A stretch of 63,953 nucleotides of DNA, counting the filler. It is 6 parts of 6 records of this genome, joined end to end, with 100 filler letters (N's around TTAATTAATTAA, not from the genome) between each part and the next. Parts side by side here need not be neighbours in the genome. Positions count along the whole stretch, not along the records: positions 29,188 to 38,025 come from DRR378314_2678; positions 38,126 to 45,914 come from DRR378314_2679; positions 46,015 to 58,209 come from DRR378314_2681; 3 more parts are not named here. The stretch is one strand, 5' to 3'. A program made the translations under genes and the position numbers. Shown here piece after piece: positions 35,862 to 51,500 of the stretch. Below the pieces are notes generated by a model. The model saw only the letters and a program-made list of their open reading frames with translations. It ran no database searches and was not told the origin of the DNA. Position 1 is the stretch's first letter. Each line of letters starts with the position of its first letter.

Positions 35862-37220
35862 CTAGTCCAGCGGCCCCGGATTCTTGCGCCGCTTGGGCTT
35901 GGCGAAACCGCCCTGGGTATCCGGCGCCGGCGATGGCGCCGGGCGCTTGCGCGCCGCCTTCTTCTTCGCCGCCGGCTTCTTGCCGGCCGCCTTGGCCGAC
36001 TGGGCCAGCGCCTTCTTCTTCAGCTTCTTATGCTTGCTGCCCACCGCCTTGCCGGAGCGCTTGCGCTCCTTGGGGCCCAGGTAGCGGCCGCGCAGCGCCT
36101 CCACCACCCGGAACTCGAACTCCTGGCGCAAATAGCGCTGGATGCTCGCCATCAGGTTCCATTCGAAACTCTCCACCAGCGAGATCGCCGCGCCCTCACC
36201 GTCACCGCGCCCGGTTCGGCCGATGCGGTGCAGATAGTCGTCGCCGCTGCGCGGCATATCGAAGTTGATCACCAGCTCCAGGCCGTCCACATCCAGCCCC
36301 CGGGCCGCCACGTCGGTGGCCACCAGCACCGTCACCGCGCCGCTGTTCAGCCGTTCCAGCGCCAGCTTGCGGTCCTTGGTGTCCTTGTCGCCGTGCAGCA
36401 CGAACACCTTGTGGGCGGTGGAGCGCAGCACCCCGCCGAGGCGGTCGGCGGTGGCCTTGGTGTTGGTGAACACGATCGCCTTGCGGTGGGGCTCATGGGC
36501 AAGCAGCCACTGCACCAGGCGCTCCTTGTGGGAGCGGTCGTCGGCGGTGATGATCTGCTGGCGCACTTGCTGGTTGAGCTCGCGCACGCTGTCGAGCATC
36601 AGCGACTCGGGCTCGCGCAGCACCCGCGCCACCATGGCGTCCATGGCCGCGCCGCCCGGCGTGGCGGAGAACAACAGCGTCTGCCGGGCCGGGTTGCAGG
36701 CCGCCGCCAGACGCAGCACGTCGTCGCTGAAGCCCATGTCGAGCATGCGGTCCGATTCGTCCAGCACCAGCACCTTGAGTTCGGACAACGCCAGATTGTC
36801 CGCTTCCAGATGCTCGATCAGCCGGCCCGGCGTGCCCACCAGCACCTCCGGGTTCTTGCGGATGCGCGCCGCCTGCACCTTGAAGTCCTCGCCGCCGGTG
36901 ACCGCTTCCGCCTTGATAAAGGTGAAGCGCGACAGCGCCTGCACCTGCTTGAGCGTCTGCCGGGCCAGCTCCCGGGTGGGCGCCAGCACCAGCGCCCGGG
37001 TGCCGATGCCCCGGTCCTTCTCTTCCAGCAATCGCTGCAGCATGGGCAGCACGAAGGCGGCGGTCTTGCCGGTGCCGGTCCGCGCCACCACGCGCAGGTC
37101 CCGACCCGCCAGAGCGGGGGGAATAGCCGCCGTTTGCACCGCCGTGGGCTCACTCAGCGACAGCTCTTCCAGGGCGCGCAATAAACGTTCATGGAGATTC
37201 AGATCAGCAAACACAGACAC
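35862..37220 (-). CDS. DEAD-box RNA helicase (SrmB-like)
   Basis: Q motif, TGTGKT, PTRELA, TPGR, DESD, SAT, DVAARGLD and HRIGRTGR; Lys-rich tail. Confidence 0.93.
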   Translation of the reverse strand: MSVFADLNLHERLLRALEELSLSEPTAVQTAAIPPALAGRDLRVVARTGTGKTAAFVLPMLQRLLEEKDRGIGTRALVLAPTRELARQTLKQVQALSRFTFIKAEAVTGGEDFKVQAARIRKNPEVLVGTPGRLIEHLEADNLALSELKVLVLDESDRMLDMGFSDDVLRLAAACNPARQTLLFSATPGGAAMDAMVARVLREPESLMLDSVRELNQQVRQQIITADDRSHKERLVQWLLAHEPHRKAIVFTNTKATADRLGGVLRSTAHKVFVLHGDKDTKDRKLALERLNSGAVTVLVATDVAARGLDVDGLELVINFDMPRSGDDYLHRIGRTGRGDGEGAAISLVESFEWNLMASIQRYLRQEFEFRVVEALRGRYLGPKERKRSGKAVGSKHKKLKKKALAQSAKAAGKKPAAKKKAARKRPAPSPAPDTQGGFAKPKRRKNPGPLD

Positions 37221-37382
37221 TCTACTCGGTGAAGAAAGGCTTTCAGGAACCGCTAGTGTAACTCAACAGGCGCACAAACCGAGCGTCGCGAAACGGTTGG
37301 TCGCCAGCGATAACCCGGGGCAGTGGAATCTCCCGACCCGCGCCCCCGCTGGAGAGAACCAGCCCGCTAAGCGCGCAGAACG

Positions 37383-37407
37383 AAAAAAGGGCGCCCGAAG
37401 GCGCCCT
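37383..37407 (-). terminator. rho-independent terminator after the second amt
   Basis: Minus strand GGGCGCC-TTCG-GGCGCCC-T6. Confidence 0.88.
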
Positions 37408-37442
37408 GTAGGTTGGAGCAAGACAGATTGGAAGAAGACGGA

Positions 37443-38025
37443 TCAGCTCTTCACGAACTCCGGGTACGCTTCCATACCGCAGTCCACGATATCCATGCCT
37501 TCGTACTCGTCCTCTTCGGAGACGCGGATGCCGAAGATCGCCTTGAGGATGGCCCACACGATCAGGCTGGCCACGAACACCCATACGAAGATGGTCAGGG
37601 CGCCGATCAGCTGGCCGGAGAAGCTGGAACCGTCGTTGGTGATCGGCACCAGCATCAGGCCCAGGAAGCCGACCACACCGTGCACGGAGATGGCACCGAC
37701 CGGATCGTCGATCTTCAGCTTGTCCAGGGTCACGATGCTGAACACCACCAGCACGCCACCGATCGCGCCGAACAGGGTGGCGGTCAGAGCGGTCGGGGTG
37801 GACGGCTCGGCGGTGATGGTCACCAGGCCGGCCAGGGCGCCGTTGAGCAGCATGGTCAGGTCGGCCTTGCCGAACAGGAAGCGGCCCACGATCAGCGCGG
37901 CAACGGCACCACCGGCGGCGGCGGTGTTGGTGTTCAGGAACACCATGGCCACGGAGTGCGCGCTGGCGGCGTCGCCGAGCTTCAGCACGGAACCGCCGTT
38001 GAAGCCGAACCAGCCCATCCACAGG
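37443..38025 (-). CDS. amt: ammonium transporter, second paralogue (3' fragment)
   Basis: WMGWFGFNGGS, NGALAGLVTITA, IDDPVGAISVHG and EGMD...EAYPEF. Confidence 0.93.
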
Positions 38026-38125
38026 NNNNNNNNNNNNNNNNNNNNNNNNNNNNNNNNNNNNNNNNNNNNTTAATTAATTAANNNNNNNNNNNNNNNNNNN
38101 NNNNNNNNNNNNNNNNNNNNNNNNN
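38026..38125. other. artificial contig spacer
   Basis: N44-TTAATTAATTAA-N44. Confidence 0.99.
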
Positions 38126-38165
38126 CCGAGCCCTACATGGACGTATTCACGGGCGCGTTTTGGAA
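38126..38165 (-). repeat. partial copy of the dispersed palindromic element (contig edge)
   Basis: CCGAGCCCTACATGGACGTATTCACGGGCGCGTTTTGGAA aligns with the reverse complement of 57018-57055. Confidence 0.75.
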
Positions 38166-38202
38166 CGGCCCGGCAACCACCCGATACTCCCCACTATCAA
38201 TC

Positions 38203-39267
38203 TTATTGATGATACGAGGGGCTAAGCTCAGTCACCGCGCGGATAAACGCCCCGGCATGCTCCGGGTCAACGTCCGGGGTGATGCCATGCCCGAGGTTGA
38301 AGATGTGGCCAGGGCCGGTGCCGTAGCGGGACAGGATATCCGCCACTTCCTGACGAATACGCTCTGGCGGCGCGTACAGCATGGCGGGATCCATATTGCC
38401 CTGCAGGGCAACCTGATCGCCGATGCGGGCACGGGCGTTGCCGATGTCCGTTGTCCAATCAAGCCCCACCGCATCGGCGCCAGACTCCGCGATGGACTCC
38501 AGCCACTGGCCGCCGTTCTTGGTGAACAGGATAACCGGCACATGACGCCCGTCATTCTCGCGAATCAGGCCGGCAACGATTTTCTTCATGTAGTTCAGCG
38601 AAAACTCCTGGTACGCCCAACTGCTCAGCACGCCTCCCCAGGTATCGAAAATCTGCACCGCCTGGGCGCCGGCGCGGATCTGGCCGTTCAGGTAATCAAT
38701 CACCGAGTCCGCCAGATGGTCCAGCAGCTGATGCATCACCTCCGGCTGGCCATACATCAGCTTCTTGGCCTCGCGGAAATCCTTGGAGGAGCCACCTTCG
38801 ATCATGTAGGTGGCGAGCGTCCAGGGGCTGCCTGAGAAGCCGATCAGCGGAACGCTGCCATTGAGTGCTCCACGAATAGTGGACACGGCATTCATCACAT
38901 AATCCAAGTCTACTTCCGCATTGATCTTGGGCAACGCAGCTACGTCGGCGGCGGAGCGGACGGTGTTGCGAAATTTCGGGCCCTCGCCGGTTTCGAAGTA
39001 CAGGCCGAGCCCCAGCGCATCAGGAATGGTGAGGATGTCAGAGAACAGAATGGCAGCATCCAGAGGGAAACGCTCCAGTGGCTGCAACGTCACCTCACAG
39101 GCCAACGGTGTGTTTTTACACAGACTGAGGAAATCCCCGGCCTTGGCTCGGGTCGCGCGGTATTCCGGCAGGTATCGTCCGGCCTGGCGCATCATCCATA
39201 CGGGTGTGCGATCAACGGGCTGACGCATCAGCGCACGCAGGAAACGGTCGTTTTTCAGCTCGGTCAT
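38203..39267 (-). CDS. hemE: uroporphyrinogen decarboxylase
   Basis: [34 protein letters not shown] and FNLGHG. Confidence 0.97.
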   Translation of the reverse strand: MTELKNDRFLRALMRQPVDRTPVWMMRQAGRYLPEYRATRAKAGDFLSLCKNTPLACEVTLQPLERFPLDAAILFSDILTIPDALGLGLYFETGEGPKFRNTVRSAADVAALPKINAEVDLDYVMNAVSTIRGALNGSVPLIGFSGSPWTLATYMIEGGSSKDFREAKKLMYGQPEVMHQLLDHLADSVIDYLNGQIRAGAQAVQIFDTWGGVLSSWAYQEFSLNYMKKIVAGLIRENDGRHVPVILFTKNGGQWLESIAESGADAVGLDWTTDIGNARARIGDQVALQGNMDPAMLYAPPERIRQEVADILSRYGTGPGHIFNLGHGITPDVDPEHAGAFIRAVTELSPSYHQ

Positions 39268-39329
39268 AGCATTCCCAATCTGCTGTCTGTCAAAAGTTAG
39301 GAGGGCAATGATACCCGGTTTGTGGCAAT

Positions 39330-39364
39330 AAAAAAGGGCGGCCTGCCATCCGCAAGCCGCCCTT
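39330..39364 (-). terminator. rho-independent terminator after gltD
   Basis: Minus strand GGGCGGC..GCCGCCC-T6. Confidence 0.75.
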
Positions 39365-39390
39365 CCCATCCGGGTCAAACCGGGGGGCTG

Positions 39391-45335
<5,945 letters not shown>

Positions 45336-45590
45336 AAGCGTTCTCTCGCGTAGAAATGCTTTTCAATCAAAGGGTTATTAAAACAAAGACAATAACGTCA
45401 CCCTTCGACACTGAAAATGGGGGCTGGCTATTTTACACGCGTAGAAATACGTACTCAAACCAAAGAGTTTTTATTTTAGGGGGCAAGCACGCTCAGTACG
45501 AGTGTAGTGCCAGACAGCACACACCATGAGGCAAAGACTCAGGTTATTGTTTTTATGAGACAAAACATGAAAACAGGCAGGCGCCGACGA

Positions 45591-45914
45591 TCAGAAATCG
45601 CGTGATTGCCTGATCCAGGGAGACTGGTCCTGCAAGGCCTGAGGAAGACGCTCAACCGCTTGTCGGGCCTCATCACGCGAGGAAAACTCGCCGTAGAAAC
45701 CAACGAACCAGTCCTGACCCTGCCTTTGGGTATGGGTATAGAGTATACCGGAAATAGACGTATACCGATCCATCAGATTCAGCACCGTTTGCTCCTGATT
45801 TCCGGCTATCAACTGGACTGTCCAGCCTTCACGGGCCCTTACGCGCTCAAGAGCCATGTATGCAGATGGACGGGAGGGGGCAAAATCTGGCTCTGGCTCT
45901 GGCTCTGGCTCTGG
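45591..45914 (-). CDS. SPOR-domain protein C-terminus (DamX-like), truncated
   Basis: WTVQLIAG...WFVGFYGEFSSRDEARQAVERLP...PWIR, preceded by a (Pro-Glu)n repeat (CCAGAG)n at the contig edge. Confidence 0.75.
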   Translation of the reverse strand, partial: PEPEPEPEPDFAPSRPSAYMALERVRAREGWTVQLIAGNQEQTVLNLMDRYTSISGILYTHTQRQGQDWFVGFYGEFSSRDEARQAVERLPQALQDQSPWIRQSRDF

Positions 45915-46014
45915 NNNNNNNNNNNNNNNNNNNNNNNNNNNNNNNNNNNNNNNNNNNNTTAATTAATTAANNNNNNNNNNNNNNNNNNNNNNNNNNNNNN
46001 NNNNNNNNNNNNNN
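45915..46014. other. artificial contig spacer
   Basis: N44-TTAATTAATTAA-N44. Confidence 0.99.
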
Positions 46015-46041
46015 CGCCATCCATGGCTCCGCACAGTTTTG
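46015..46041 (+). repeat. partial copy of the dispersed palindromic element (contig edge)
   Basis: CGCCATCCATGGCTCCGCACAGTTTTG is 24/27 identical to 57060-57086. Confidence 0.8.
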
Positions 46042-46108
46042 AAAAGGCCATCCCGATCCCCGCCCAGAAATCCGGCGCGCACCACTATTTGAAAACAACG
46101 GAAACCCT

Positions 46109-47746
46109 ATGGATATTCGCCCCGCCGCCACGCTGGTACTGACCAAGGACACCACTGAAGGCCCGAAGATTCTGCTTCTACAACGAACCTGGGAAGCGGT
46201 GTTCATGCCGGGTTTCTTTGTCTTTCCGGGCGGCTCGGTTGACCAACAGGACAAGCGTGGACAGGCACACACTATCGGACGGGACGACACCGATATCAGC
46301 CAGACCATGAGCATGGACGAAGGGGGTGCGGACTTCATGCTGGCGGCGGTTCGGGAGTGTTTTGAAGAAGCAGGGGTTCTTCTGGCGCTGGATCAGAACG
46401 GGGCAGAGCTGACGCAAGACCACCCGGTTCACGGTGATCGCGACGCGTTGTTTAAAGGTGAATTGACGCTGGCTGAGCTGTGCCATCGCCATAATCTCAC
46501 TATACCCCTGGACCGTCTGGGGTACCTGGGGCACTGGGTGACACCGCCCGGGCCACCCCGGCGCTTCGATACCCGCTTCTTCATTGCAGTGGCACCGGAA
46601 GGGCAACAGGCGAGTCAGGACGGTGTGGAAACGATTGATCATGTCTGGCTCAGCCCGGCGGAAGCCTTGGAAGATCACCGCAGCGGTCGTCGCCTGCTAG
46701 GGTTGCCGACCATTGGGACGCTGCGGATACTGGCGGATTTCGACACCACCGAGGCGCTGATGCGCTATGTTCACGCCAACCCGCCAGAGCCCTATCCCAA
46801 CAAACCCTGGCCCGCCGTAAAGAAAGGCACGGTCAAAATGCTGGAACCGGGAGCGCCAGCCTACGACGAGGCCGTCAAGCTGGACCCGGAAGGGGAAGGA
46901 ACCACGCACGCAGACATCGTTCCCGGTGAGCCGGTAGAGGTAGCGGCAGGTGTCGTGAGGCTGACGGCACCCAACCCCGGGATGATGACTGGCCCGGGCA
47001 CCAATACTTATGTGCTCGGCCACAAACGGTTTACAGTGCTGGATCCAGGGCCGGATGACGCAACGCACATTGAACGGATTCTGGAAATAACGGGTGGAGT
47101 GATTGATCAGGTTGTGGTGACCCACACCCACCAGGACCACTCTCCTGCCACAGCGGCGTTGAAAGCCAAAACCGGGTGTCGGGCTTATGGCCAGCCCGCA
47201 CCCATTGGGCCTGCTCAGGACCAAACGTTTGCGCCGGATGAGGAACCGGTCGATGGGGATCTGATTACCACGGAAGCCGGCACGCTAAAAGCTCTGCATA
47301 CCCCCGGACATGCGTCCAACCATCTTTGCTATCTGCTTCTGGAGCAGGAACTGCTATTTTCCGGCGACCACATCATGCAGGGCTCTACCGTTGTCATCAA
47401 TCCGCCGGATGGCGACATGAAGGCTTACCTCGAATCCCTGTACGACCTGCTGGCGGAATCCGTGCGTTATATCGCCCCGGCCCATGGTTTCCTGATGGCA
47501 CGCCCCGAGGCGGTAATCGACTACCTCATCACCCACCGTCTGGCCCGCGAGCACAAGGTTGTCAGGGTTCTGAAACGGCTTGCACCGGCGAGCCTGAAGG
47601 ATCTGACCGCAAAAGCCTACGACGATGTTCCTGCGGCCATCCATGGTGTTGCGGCCCGGTCCGCCCTGGCCCACCTGTTAAAACTGGAGGCGGATGGTCG
47701 GGCGAAGCGGGAAGGCGAGGCCTGGCACACCACGTCGAGCATCTGA
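46109..47746 (+). CDS. NUDIX hydrolase - metallo-beta-lactamase (LACTB2-like) fusion protein
   Basis: N-terminal VFPGGSVD..AAVRECFEEAG and WVTP..RRFDTRFF; C-terminal TGPGTNTY, THTHQDH, TPGH, GDH and PAHG. Confidence 0.88.
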   Translation: MDIRPAATLVLTKDTTEGPKILLLQRTWEAVFMPGFFVFPGGSVDQQDKRGQAHTIGRDDTDISQTMSMDEGGADFMLAAVRECFEEAGVLLALDQNGAELTQDHPVHGDRDALFKGELTLAELCHRHNLTIPLDRLGYLGHWVTPPGPPRRFDTRFFIAVAPEGQQASQDGVETIDHVWLSPAEALEDHRSGRRLLGLPTIGTLRILADFDTTEALMRYVHANPPEPYPNKPWPAVKKGTVKMLEPGAPAYDEAVKLDPEGEGTTHADIVPGEPVEVAAGVVRLTAPNPGMMTGPGTNTYVLGHKRFTVLDPGPDDATHIERILEITGGVIDQVVVTHTHQDHSPATAALKAKTGCRAYGQPAPIGPAQDQTFAPDEEPVDGDLITTEAGTLKALHTPGHASNHLCYLLLEQELLFSGDHIMQGSTVVINPPDGDMKAYLESLYDLLAESVRYIAPAHGFLMARPEAVIDYLITHRLAREHKVVRVLKRLAPASLKDLTAKAYDDVPAAIHGVAARSALAHLLKLEADGRAKREGEAWHTTSSI

Positions 47747-47754
47747 TGGCAGGG

Positions 47755-47913
47755 CTATTTTTTCGCAATGATCCAGACGGCGTGCACGATACCCGGAATG
47801 TAGCCGAGAATGGTCAGCAGGATGTTGATCCAGAAGTGCTTACCAATACCCACCTGTAAAAAGACGCCCAACGGCGGTAACAAAATCGCAACCAGAACTC
47901 GCAAAAGATCCAT
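47755..47913 (-). CDS. YqaE/Pmp3-family small membrane protein
   Basis: MDLLRVLVAILLPPLGVFLQVGIGKHFWINILLTILGYIPGIVHAVWIIAKK* (52 aa; not in the ORF track). Confidence 0.92.
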   Translation of the reverse strand: MDLLRVLVAILLPPLGVFLQVGIGKHFWINILLTILGYIPGIVHAVWIIAKK

Positions 47914-48125
47914 ACAGTTTATGCTCCATCAAACGTATAACGGATACAGAATCGCAATAAACGTCCTGTAGCCTAATTGAATAGGCCATTTTGCGGAAAT
48001 ACACAAAGACTTCATGAAAGTGGCATTAAACCTTTGTCACAGCCGTATTCATGGATCGGTGGGGTCTCTATCCTTGTACCGATTTCAACTGGCCCCCAAA
48101 ACTGGCTGACGACCCGAGAGGCATT

Positions 48126-49577
48126 ATGCAGTACCGCTGGCTGACACTCCTGTTTCGCGCTGGCCTGATCTTTACCCTGACCGGCAGTCTGGTCTCAATT
48201 CCTGCCGTCCACGCAGACAAGACCGATGACTCCGAGACCAACGAAATGCTGGTTGCCGAGCTTGCCGAAGACGAAAGCGTTGAAGACGTTGAACACTCGG
48301 AACCCTTGCGTTCGTCCGACACAAAAGACGGCAACGGTAGCGCAGCCCCCCCAGAAAACACCAACGAGAAACCAACCTCTGAGCCAGAGGCACCGGAGAC
48401 CTCCGCTGACTCAGGCACTGAAGAGGTTGCACCCAACGTTGACCTGAAAGACGTCGCGCCGCCACCAAAACCTGCGAAACCCGCAGAGCCCGAGCCCGAA
48501 CCTGTTAATCCGGAAAAGGCAGTTGGGCAAGAGAAACTCCCGGCGCAGAAGACGGTAGAAGACGCCGATGACAGCGCCACGAAGGCGCCCGCAGAGGTCC
48601 CAGCGGAACCCGAAAAAGCCACCAGCCTGAAAATGCTGGGTGCCGAAGTTCTGCCCGGCACCTCCACTCGCCTGGCCTGGTCCCCGGCGATCCAGATCGC
48701 CGGCCTGTCGCAACCGACGCCGGTTCTGGTGGTCAACGGATCCAAACCCGGCCCAAACCTGTGTCTGACCGGTGCCGTCCACGGCGATGAGCTCAATGGC
48801 ATCGAAATCATCCGCCGCACCATGTATGACCTGGAACCGGACAAACTCTCTGGCCGGGTGATCGGCGTTCCCATCGTCAATCTACCTGGTTTCCAGCAGG
48901 GTAGCCGCTACCTGCCCGACCGTCGCGACCTCAACCGTCATTTCCCAGGCAGCACCGACGGCAGTCTGGCCGACCGGATTGCGCACTCCCTGTTTGAGAA
49001 CGTGATCCGTCATTGCGACATGTTGGTGGATATACACACCGGGTCTCTCAAGCGCACCAACCTGCCCCAACTGCGTGCGGACATGAACAACCCGGAAGTA
49101 GCAGAACTCACCCGTGGCTTTGATCGCATGGCGGTGGTCCATAGTACGGGCGCCACTGGCATGCTTCGACACGCCGCCGTTGAAGCGGGTATCCGGTCCG
49201 TTACCATGGAGGCTGGCGAGTCGCTGAGAATTCAGGAGCACCAGATCAAGGCGGGGGTCAACAGCCTGACCAGCCTGATGGATAAGGAAGGCATGATCTC
49301 GAGGATGTTTGTCTGGGGAGACCCGGAGCCCGTCTACTACGATTCCGAGTGGATACGGGCAGAACACGGGGGCATCCTGTTCAGCGAGACCAAACTGGGT
49401 GCCAAGGTGAGCGAGGGAGAAATCCTCGGCTACGTGTCCGATCCCATCACCAATGCCCAACACCCCATCCGCGCCCGCAGTAACGGCCGAATTATTGGCA
49501 TGGCAGTGGATCAGGTGGTCATGGCCGGTTTCGCGGCCTATCACGTCGGCACAGAAGCGGAGGTGCCGGGGGAATAA
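48126..49577 (+). CDS. succinylglutamate desuccinylase/aspartoacylase (M14-like) family protein with signal peptide and long acidic linker
   Basis: AVHGDELNG, DLNRHFPG, DIHTG and MEAG; N-terminal hydrophobic stretch ending VHA, then a low-complexity E/D/P/A/K region. Confidence 0.87.
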   Translation: MQYRWLTLLFRAGLIFTLTGSLVSIPAVHADKTDDSETNEMLVAELAEDESVEDVEHSEPLRSSDTKDGNGSAAPPENTNEKPTSEPEAPETSADSGTEEVAPNVDLKDVAPPPKPAKPAEPEPEPVNPEKAVGQEKLPAQKTVEDADDSATKAPAEVPAEPEKATSLKMLGAEVLPGTSTRLAWSPAIQIAGLSQPTPVLVVNGSKPGPNLCLTGAVHGDELNGIEIIRRTMYDLEPDKLSGRVIGVPIVNLPGFQQGSRYLPDRRDLNRHFPGSTDGSLADRIAHSLFENVIRHCDMLVDIHTGSLKRTNLPQLRADMNNPEVAELTRGFDRMAVVHSTGATGMLRHAAVEAGIRSVTMEAGESLRIQEHQIKAGVNSLTSLMDKEGMISRMFVWGDPEPVYYDSEWIRAEHGGILFSETKLGAKVSEGEILGYVSDPITNAQHPIRARSNGRIIGMAVDQVVMAGFAAYHVGTEAEVPGE

Positions 49578-49611
49578 AAAAAGGGTCAGAGCAGGCTCTG
49601 ACCCTTTTTTT
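49576..49611. terminator. bidirectional rho-independent terminator
   Basis: A7-GGGTCAGAGC-AG-GCTCTGACCC-T7 between convergent genes. Confidence 0.9.
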
Positions 49612-49645
49612 ATCGTTCAACTGTCAGGATACTAAACGCAACTGT

Positions 49646-50248
49646 TCAGGCTGAACGGCGACGGGCATGCAGCCCCATACCGAGAAGACCGAGGCTCAGA
49701 ATGGCCAGAGTGCCTGGCTCCGGTACTTCGCTGGCTTCAGAAATCAGCTCGATCTTGGCTTTGACCTTGGAACCATAGCTTCCCAGCCCGAAGACACCCT
49801 CGTTAAACGTGGTGTCTAAAAGGGATACACGAAGCAGACCATCGCCCAATGCGCCAAACACCAGATCAAGCGAACCGTTCCATGACAGCACACCTTCCTG
49901 GTAAAGGCCAAAGAGCACGGAATCTCCAGAGGTGTTTCCGTTGACCGAGCCACTCATCAGTTCCGGTGCTGTGAAGTTGAAATCGACGGAAATCGGTTTG
50001 GCGACTTTGTCATCGCTGTTGACCGTGCCTTCAGTCGTCCAGATTTTGAACAGATTAAAGGTCGTACTTTCACCTGCATTCAGATCAAAAGAAAACGGGT
50101 TGGCTGCATAGTCTGCAGAATCAACAACCAGTCCGGGGTCTGAATCATTCAGGTTGACCTGATAGCTGGCAGAAATCATTGCCGCGCTTGCCAGTGCAGG
50201 CAGGCACATTGAAATCAGTAGTGCAATGGTGAGTTTGAGGTGTCGCAT
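49646..50248 (-). CDS. PEP-CTERM sorting-domain protein
   Basis: Signal peptide MRHLKLTIALL..ALASA; C-terminal VPEPGTLAILSLGLLGMGLHARRRSA. Confidence 0.93.
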   Translation of the reverse strand: MRHLKLTIALLISMCLPALASAAMISASYQVNLNDSDPGLVVDSADYAANPFSFDLNAGESTTFNLFKIWTTEGTVNSDDKVAKPISVDFNFTAPELMSGSVNGNTSGDSVLFGLYQEGVLSWNGSLDLVFGALGDGLLRVSLLDTTFNEGVFGLGSYGSKVKAKIELISEASEVPEPGTLAILSLGLLGMGLHARRRSA

Positions 50249-50301
50249 AGCTGCTCCCTGGGTTATCCCATATTTCATTCGTTATACTGCCCGGCTCTAC
50301 C

Positions 50302-50317
50302 AGCATCTGCTGTACCA
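50302..50317 (-). promoter_or_regulatory. sigma-54 promoter of the PEP-CTERM gene
   Basis: Minus strand TGGTAC-AGCAG-ATGCT with correct GG-N10-GC spacing. Confidence 0.65.
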
Positions 50318-50382
50318 ACATCTGAATTCCCGCCTTAAAACATGAGCCTATATTCGAGCCTGCATTGATCCAGAGGCGTACT

Positions 50383-50399
50383 TGTAAGAAATCCTGACA
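50383..50399. promoter_or_regulatory. candidate enhancer-binding-protein site (PrsR-type) upstream of the PEP-CTERM promoter
   Basis: TGT-AAGAAATCCTG-ACA dyad about 65 nt upstream of the -24 element. Confidence 0.55.
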
Positions 50400-50541
50400 C
50401 TCGATCAGACAGACGCCAGCCATGAACAATCAACCAATCTCATCATTACCACTTTGGTAACAAGGAATTAGCTCACAGGGCATAGTATCCTTCGAACTCC
50501 TGAACCAGATCGGGAACCCTAAAACCCTGACAGGAGTCGAC

Positions 50542-51465
50542 GTGCCTTCAGAAACCCCAAAATCACTATGGCTGGCCTACACTGGGCTGGTCTTGACCCC
50601 GTTGTTCTGGGCCGGCAACGCCGTGGTGGCCAAAAGTGTGGTTGGCGAGATTCCTCCGCTGTCCATGTCCTTCTGGCGCTGGGTGATTGCCCTGACCCTG
50701 TTGCTGCCCTTCGGGCTGCCGGGAGTTTGGCGCCAGCGGCGGGTCATCCGCGAGCACTGGTTGTCGATACTGGCGCTGTCCACGTTCAGTGTGGCGGCTT
50801 TCAACTCGCTGCTCTACTTTGCGGCGGTGACCACCACGGCCACCAATATTGCGCTGATCAACGCCACCATACCCATCATGGTGGCATTGCTGGCCTGGTT
50901 ACTCCTGGGGGATCGCACGCGTCCGGTGCAGGCACTCGGAATCGCGCTGGCGGTACTGGGCATCCTGGCGGTAGTGGCGCGGGGGGATCTCTCGGTCCTT
51001 ACCGGTTTGCGGGCGCAACCCGGCGACCTGATCATGGTCCTCGCGGTATCCAGCTGGGGCCTGTTCTCAGTGCTGCTTCGCCGCCAGGCGGTACCATTGC
51101 CGCCACTGACTTTCCTGACCGTGCAGATCGCCTGCGGTACGACCGTGATATTGCCGTTTTACCTGGTGGACCTGGTGTTCTTCTCCGGCGGATTCGAGCT
51201 GAACCGATCAACCGCACTGCCCATGATGTATTTTGCGATTTTCCCGGGTATTCTGGCTTACGCGTTCTGGAACCATGGCGTGCATCGTATTGGCCCCGCC
51301 AGGGCCGCGATCTTCATGTACCTCACCCCGGTGTTTGCATCCGTAATGGCTGGCATTTTCCTGGGTGAGCGACTCGGCATGTTCCACGTTATAGGCGGCC
51401 TGTTGATACTGGCCGGATTGTTCCTGGCTACTCGAACCGCCGAACTTCGCCGCAAATACCGCTGA
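50542..51465 (+). CDS. DMT/EamA-family transporter
   Basis: About 10 hydrophobic helices; FWAGN, PPLSMSFWRW and GPARAAIFMYLTPVF. Confidence 0.9.
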   Translation: MPSETPKSLWLAYTGLVLTPLFWAGNAVVAKSVVGEIPPLSMSFWRWVIALTLLLPFGLPGVWRQRRVIREHWLSILALSTFSVAAFNSLLYFAAVTTTATNIALINATIPIMVALLAWLLLGDRTRPVQALGIALAVLGILAVVARGDLSVLTGLRAQPGDLIMVLAVSSWGLFSVLLRRQAVPLPPLTFLTVQIACGTTVILPFYLVDLVFFSGGFELNRSTALPMMYFAIFPGILAYAFWNHGVHRIGPARAAIFMYLTPVFASVMAGIFLGERLGMFHVIGGLLILAGLFLATRTAELRRKYR

Positions 51466-51500
51466 GCGCCCGACAATAACTATCGACAAGGCAGACATTC

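Noticed and set aside
45887-45914. (CTCTGG)n tandem repeat as a non-coding satellite
   Set aside because: It encodes a Pro-Glu linker of the truncated SPOR-domain protein on the minus strand
46109-47746. Antibiotic-resistance beta-lactamase
   Set aside because: The MBL fold is of the cytoplasmic LACTB2-like type, has no signal peptide and is fused to a Nudix domain
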